Of a stretch of DNA of 64,000 nucleotides, positions 57,390 through 64,000 are shown piece after piece. The stretch lies in the NCBI RefSeq assembly GCF_009914755.1, contig NC_060937.1; one strand, given 5' to 3'. The notes beneath the pieces are model-generated. The model worked only from the letters and a program-made list of their open reading frames with translations. It was not told the DNA's origin and ran no database searches. Each line of letters starts with the position of its first letter. Within the stretch, counting starts at the first letter, position 1. This stretch comes from the human T2T-CHM13v2.0 reference genome, Homo sapiens. The position numbers and the translations under genes are program-made.

Positions 57390-58300
57390 TCTCTTTGATT
57401 AAGGCGCCATTAGAACACGATAAAGTGCAGTCTTTAAATGCATGTTATCAGTGGATTTTTGGCAAGTGTATACATCCATGTGGACACCACTCCAATCAAT
57501 ATGTAGAACATTTCCTTCATCCCAGAAAGTCCTGTTTCGTCCTCACCAGTCAATTCTCCCACCCACATAAGAGGGTAACCATTATTCTAATTTCCATGAC
57601 CATGTATCAATTTTCCTCTGTGCTTCTTTTGCTCAACAGAATGTCTGTGGGATTCATCCAAGTTGATGTGTATACCATGTGTTCATTCCTTTTATTGCTG
57701 AGTAGTATTCCACTATCTAAATACACCACAATTTATGTATGTGCTGGTGAACATTTGAGTTGCTCCCAGTTTAGGGTTATTATGAACAAAATTGAAATGA
57801 ACATTCTTATGTAATCTTTTTGTGAACATAGTTTTGTTTTGTTTTTTTGGCACAAATACCTAGGAAGGGAATTACTATGGTTCACTTAATAAAAATGTAC
57901 CTATTGCTTTTCCAGCCATGTGTCCACATACTCAGCAACATTTGGTGTTGTCAATATTTTGTTTTAGTTGTTCTAGTGTATGTTAAGCAACATTTCATTG
58001 TGGTTCTGGAAGTTTCATTTTCTTCTCAACTAATGATGTTGAACACCTTTTCAGTGTAATTGGCCACTGGTATATTGTCTTTTGGGAAATACCCCATTCA
58101 TGTTTTTACCCTTTAAAAATGGATTGTCCTTTTTATTATTCATTTGAGAGAGTCATGTATGTACTCAGAATACAAGTTCTTTACCAGATATATAACTTTT
58201 TCCAGTCGTTGACACATCTTTTTATTTTCTTAATGATGATTTTTGAAGAGCAGAACATTGTAATATATCATCTTTCATCTTTCTTTATACCTTTTTAATT
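57390..58300 (-). mobile_element. L1MC/L1ME 3' fragment
   Basis: AGAACATTTCCTTCATCCCAGAAAGT, TTGCTGAGTAGTATTCCA, ACTAATGATGTTGAACACCTTTTCA. Confidence 0.75.
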
Positions 58301-59586
58301 TGTCTGTGCAGAATTCTTTACTTGGGAGGAACTTCCTCCCTGTCTTTGAGAATTAGTTGACATATGATTTGGTAATCACTGATGCTCCTGTTATTTTTTT
58401 CCATGAGCTTATGACTGACTTGAGAGCATGGGCTGTATTTTATTTAGCGTTTTATGTCTAGTAGAATACCTACCAAGTAGCAGGTGTTCAATGACTAGAG
58501 TCAATTAAATTTCATCAATTCACTTCTTTGCATGTCATTTTCTCTTCCTAAAAACAAGGTAAACTCCCCATTTACTGCACAGGCATGTGCAAGCAATGAA
58601 AGCTTTTAAGGTTGTGAAAATTGAGCTTTTTATTGTCTCTCATGTGTATATCAGTAAGAATGCTGTGAATATATACTTTTCACTGACTTTGTTATTGTTA
58701 TTAGCTTATGAATTGTGATTTTCATTTCAAAAGCAGTATATGTAATTCTTAATAACTTAGATGTTCCTATTAAAATGCTGGGACATCTTGAGCAAAAAAA
58801 AAAAAAAAAAAAATGATATGACTAGCCAGAATTTGCCATTGCCATATAAGAGTTTGTCATTTGACTTTACCAGTAGAGTGGCTGATCTTTTATTCCAGTG
58901 AGGCTCACTAATGTCTAAAATCACATGAACTACATAAAAATGACAATGTCATCATTAAATCTGTCCAAGGAACTAGATCTTAATGAATTCCCTAGAGAAC
59001 TCCAACTTGATAATGGGAGCTAAGAAGTCACAACACTACTCTACAGGAAGGTGCAGTTAAAAGAAATTTGAAAAGCACCAGCTATACATGAAAATAATGG
59101 GCTAATTGAGGAAGCAAAGTGCAATCTTTTCTTCTCTGCCAGAAACCACAGAGTGGAGAAGCCCCTGCTCAGCAGACAATGAGACACAATCAAATCACAT
59201 TCAGCACAATATGAATTAAGCATCTGAGAGTGGAATGACTTTCTCCACACCAACAAAGCCTCAGAGTGTAGAATTTTATTGGTCAGATCCTGTATTGTTC
59301 TTCCAGAGCAGCATGGCTTCTCATCCTGGAATGATTAAAAGTACCAGAAGCAAGTGGAATAGTCAGATATTCAAACTAAATTGATAAATGTGTATAGATA
59401 GCATAGAAAATGTACTTACATGAATAAATAGCCAGCATGTTCAATTGCCAAATCTGAAAAGTACAATGAATGTAGAAGCTAACTGAAACTGAATTCTTAA
59501 GGATTTGCTACAATATCTCAGGCTTACTAAACAAAAGGCTAGATCCAATATTCAGAATGCAATCTTTGCTCCTGAAGGAGCTAGTT

Positions 59587-59903
59587 TTTGTTATTTGTTA
59601 TTATTTATTTATTTTTTTGGTGGGGACAGGGTCTCGCTCTGTTGCCTAGGCTGGAGTGCAGTGTTGCAATCTCGGCTTACTGCAGCCTCCACCTCCTGGG
59701 TTCAAGCGATTCTTGTGCCTCAACCTGAGTAGTTGGGATTACAGGAGTGCATGACTATGCCCAGCTAATAATTTTTTTTTTTTTTTGGTATTTTTAGTAG
59801 AGATGGAGTCTTGCCATGTTGGCCAGGCTGGTCTCGAACTCCTGGCCTCATGTGATTTCCCCACCTCGGCTGGGATTACAGGTGTGAGCCATCACACCTA
59901 GCC
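59587..59903 (-). mobile_element. Alu (Jb/early S) with small deletion
   Basis: Antisense dimer lacking CTCCCAAAGTGC; TSD CTGAA(G/A)GAGCTAGTT. Confidence 0.92.
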
Positions 59904-61234
59904 CTGAAAGAGCTAGTTCTGTTAAGGGGCCATGTGAGGGTCCAAACCTTTCTCTTTGGTGAAGACTTTCTGCTGGAGGGGCAGGGCTGTTGAGATAAGC
60001 TTTTTCAAATGGCCAACATCCCTGAAGGGCAGTGATATAAAATTTTCCCTGACACAGAAGTACAGAAGAAACCCAGCACTTTGTAGAAGCTGGAGGAACA
60101 GCAAGTCACTGGCAACTGTAACAGTCGTGTCACCATGCTGGTGACTGTCAGTCCAGTCACCTCCTGAACCACAGTCTAGCTCTTGTTGCCCTAAATCACA
60201 TCTGAATACCACCCATATTCTCAAACTTAATACAAAACAGACCTGAAGTTCTTCTGTCCTCAGAATTTGGTTATGATTGAAATGTAACAAGCAGGAAGTT
60301 AGAATTCTGGTTGCAAAGAATTCACGTTGAAAGCAGAAACTGTCTTACTCATCTTTAATACACTTGTGCCTAGAACAATGCCTGGTTGATTAGTGAGTGA
60401 ATTAATGAGAGGCCTTAAAAGAGAAAAGGAAATTTTACAGGACTATAGTAGTTGAAGAGCTACATTGGAGAAATTAAAGAAGCAAATCCGATGACTGAAT
60501 TAACACTCCATGACTCATCTAGCTATTGATCAAAGAGAGAATTTATTCACAGAGATTTTCAAATACAAACAAAATAGCACTTTTAAATTTTTTACAAAAT
60601 GAATATAGAAATAAATGTGGTACAGCACAGTACAATAATGGACAAAAGAAAACACGATCCAATGACTGGAAAATGTCTCTCATTACTCTCATATCTTCGG
60701 CTGAATTCTCTCCTATAGTGGACAGAAAGTTGCCCCTTTTCTTCATAAGAATATCATAGCAGAAGCTACTCAGAGAAATATTGCATATTGTGGAATAACA
60801 TGGAAATACAAAGGCTTAACTCTAAAGGTCTGCATAAACACTGAAAATATGTTGAGGAACTAAATTAGAGTTTATGCAGGATATACAAAATACTGATAGT
60901 TTGGCTTATTGGTCCATTTATTAGGCTTAATGTATGTTTTATAAAGTGATAATACTGTATTTTAAATGTATATTAAAAAGAAAACAGAGGAGAAATGCAC
61001 CACTAAACCTCCCAGTCTGTGCGATAATCCACGTTTGTGCATAGGCGTGTGTGGGGATGCATATGTCTGTATGTGCTTGTGTGCTTTTGGGAGTGCCGTG
61101 ACCTACAGGGAACATCTTTGGGGGTACCCTGCTTCCCAACATAACACTGTTTCTACTAGCCCTTTGATTTTCTGAGTCCTCACCTTAAAAAAAAAAAACT
61201 AAAACCCAAACCCTTGTTTGTATATGTAGATTTG

Positions 61235-61235
<1 letters not shown>

Positions 61236-61278
<43 letters not shown>
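61236..61278. repeat. (TG)n microsatellite
   Basis: Read directly from the sequence. Confidence 0.98.
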
Positions 61279-61279
<1 letters not shown>

Positions 61280-61566
61280 GTACATTAACAATACTCTGTG
61301 GAATAGAAACACCCGATGCCCTGCAATATTTTTAGCCTTTGGTCCATTTTTCTCCATCATTCTATACTCTCCTTTTTTTTCCCCCACAAATCTCCTACAA
61401 TCCTTCCTTCCTATATCATGTTCCTGATTTTATCGGGTTTCATTTTATTAGCATTGTATTGGATTAGAACTACTATCCCACCTTTTGAAGGTAGGTGGAT
61501 GTTTTGACCTCTCCAAGCCCCTTTGGCCCATCTTCTCCTCTGTCTGCTCTTGGTAGCTCCATCTCA

Positions 61567-61869
<303 letters not shown>

Positions 61870-62379
61870 TCAGAAGGATCTCAATGTCTACCTCTCACAC
61901 GGGCTAAGAGAAGTCTAGTCTCCTCCACCAATATCCACACCCTGGCCAAAAATAGAGAAGAATGGCAGCAACCAGGATAGGAGATGAAGGAGTTAATTGT
62001 AACTTACATCACCCAAGCTCACCTGCGTAACAAAGTACTTTAGGGAAAAAAATATAAATGTTGATGCAATCCTTCTGCAAAAGGGCCACTTTGAGGAGGC
62101 AACCCATTTGAAGGATAATGGCTAATGCTAAGGTGAATACTGCCATTTATGTGGAATGGTCAAGTGACTTACTCTCTACTGTCTGAATCAGAAAACAAAA
62201 ATTCCCAGATTCTTCTGGGATCAACACTCACCTTGAAGATAAAGTGTCATTTAAATGAAAATATAATGACAAGCATCCAAGTGGGTCCTGATTTCTCAGA
62301 GTTGGATTAGTCTTAATATTCATAACAAACCCAAAATATTAAAAATATGTAAGTAGATTTATTTATCTGTATTGTCTTT

Positions 62380-62540
62380 GTCAATTCTTTTATCAACATT
62401 ATAAGGTAGAATACTAGCTCAACATGGTTGACAAAAAAGCTTCTCAGCATTTAAAGAAGTTGGTGACTTACCCATAGTCATATGCTTATAATTTGGAATA
62501 AAGTGAGCCAGGGCTCAAATCTGGGTTCTAGATCCCAAGA
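62380..62540 (-). mobile_element. MIR fragment
   Basis: GTGACTTACCCATAGTCATA...GAGCCAGGGCTCAAATCTGGGT. Confidence 0.55.
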
Positions 62541-62858
62541 ATAGGTCGGTGTCCCCAGATGGGTTAATGGAATGGATTTCTGCATTCATTAGCTTTTTCT
62601 TTCTTAATGACATCCAAGTTATTCTTTTTGTGTGCACAGTAAAGAAGGCCTCTATATCTTATACTGGACACTGTACTTTCTGCTTCAATTCTAATTCATT
62701 TTTCAGCCGGTCTTACCATCTTATCAGATGATGCTCCAACAGCAACCATGTTCCTCCTTTTGGTTCTTGCTTTGCATTACATTAGATACAAACATAAACA
62801 CCAAGACATTTGGATTTCACAGTCACTGAACATAAAGGCCATAGATTGAAAATCACGG

Positions 62859-63161
62859 GGCTGGGCGCAGTGGCTCATGCCTGTAATCCCAGCACTTTGG
62901 GAGGCCAAGGCGGGTGGATCACCTGCGGTCAGGAGTTTGAAACCAGCCTGACCAACATGGCAAAACCCCGTCTCTACTAAAAATACAAAAATTAGCCAAG
63001 CATGGTGGTGGGCACCTGTAATCCCAACTACTCAGGAGGCTGAGGCAGGAGAATCACTTGAACCCAGAAGGTGGAGGTTGCAGTGAGCTGAGATCACACC
63101 ACTGAACTCCAGCCTGGGTCAGGGAGCGAGACTCCATCTCAAAAAAAAAAAAAAAAAGAAA
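62859..63161 (+). mobile_element. AluS (Sx/Sq)
   Basis: Full dimer with poly-A; TSD GAAAATCAC. Confidence 0.95.
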
Positions 63162-63194
63162 GAAAATCACATCCCTTCTTTTCACAAGTCAGTC

Positions 63195-63635
63195 TGCAGG
63201 AAAACAGCCTGTTGCTTGGCAAGAGTGACACTGAAGTGAAACCTCAATGACAACCAGCGTTTGACTACTGCATACCGAAGTGTTCCCACAGCGTAGATAA
63301 CCCCCCATAAAGAAACAATGCCTATGGCATAGATAACCTTTCATAAAGACGTTTATCTCATCTCCCTAGAGGTCACAAGTTTTGGCAAGGAAGTGTGAGA
63401 TGTGACCAGCTGCACTTGTCTGTACCCTAAAAGCTTGCTATGTAAAGGCTGCTTTCTGGAGGGCAGGTGCAAAGATCCACCATCTCACAGCTGCCAGAGA
63501 CATGGCTTCTGTTTGTACGTCCCTATCAAATGTTTCTTTCTGAGAAACTGGACGTGTCAGCCTCTTTCCTCACCTCTTTTCTCAGCCTCTCACCCTGTGG
63601 GGTGGGGTTTGCATAGACCTGCTCACCGCGGAACA
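63195..63635 (+). mobile_element. Solo LTR (LTR47-like, ERVL class)
   Basis: TGCAGGAAAACAGCCTGTTGC...GGTTTGCATAGACCTGCTCACCGCGGAACA; 5 bp TSD CAGTC/CAGCC. Confidence 0.75.
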
Positions 63636-64000
63636 CAGCCACTTTTACCTTGTTCATTTGTGAAAAATTAATAACTTCCCTGCTGAAAATTTCCAAGACT
63701 GTTAGGTACAATGTGCAATTAAACTTTGGATCTTCACTGGACGTTTACTGGAGAAGTAGTTAGCACGTGCCCCAGGCGCAGATAAAAAGGCAACGCAAGA
63801 CAGAGCTAAGGGAGTTATTGGCTTGTGGTCACCATGAGTCAACAGCAGCAAAATTTGATCAAGAGCCTCCACATCTTAAAAGTTCTTAGGCCATTACCTA
63901 AGCACACAGACATCAAGCTATGTTGTTCAGTCCTCAACCTAGGTGTCATCCTTGATTTCTCCCTTTCCACATCCAATGAATAATTAAAAAATAAGCAAAT

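Noticed and set aside
59922-60290. 122 aa minus-strand ORF
   Set aside because: Non-ATG start and no recognisable homology.

Overview
Primate, most likely human or great-ape, AT-rich genomic DNA that is intergenic or deep intronic. It is dominated by decayed interspersed repeats: 12 Alus plus one FLAM monomer; two roughly 3.5 kb 5'-truncated primate L1s with clear target-site duplications (TSDs); many older L1, L2 and MIR fragments; about a dozen solo LTRs (MaLR, ERV1, ERVL); one near full-length THE1D/MSTA-type MaLR element; and hAT and Tigger DNA transposon fossils. I find no supportable protein-coding gene, tRNA, rRNA or CRISPR array. The long ORFs are dead L1 ORF2 pieces, Alu or MaLR read-throughs, or stop-free microsatellite. 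I could not identify a convincing novel biological system. The best leads are modest: a chimeric MaLR with mismatched TSDs, a 570 bp cryptic CA/TG repeat dense in TGCATG, candidate minus-strand non-coding exons, CpG-retaining or motif-dense enhancer-like patches, and nested-insertion chronologies. Repeat subfamily names come from recalled consensus sequences, not from a database search, and the boundaries of old repeats are approximate.
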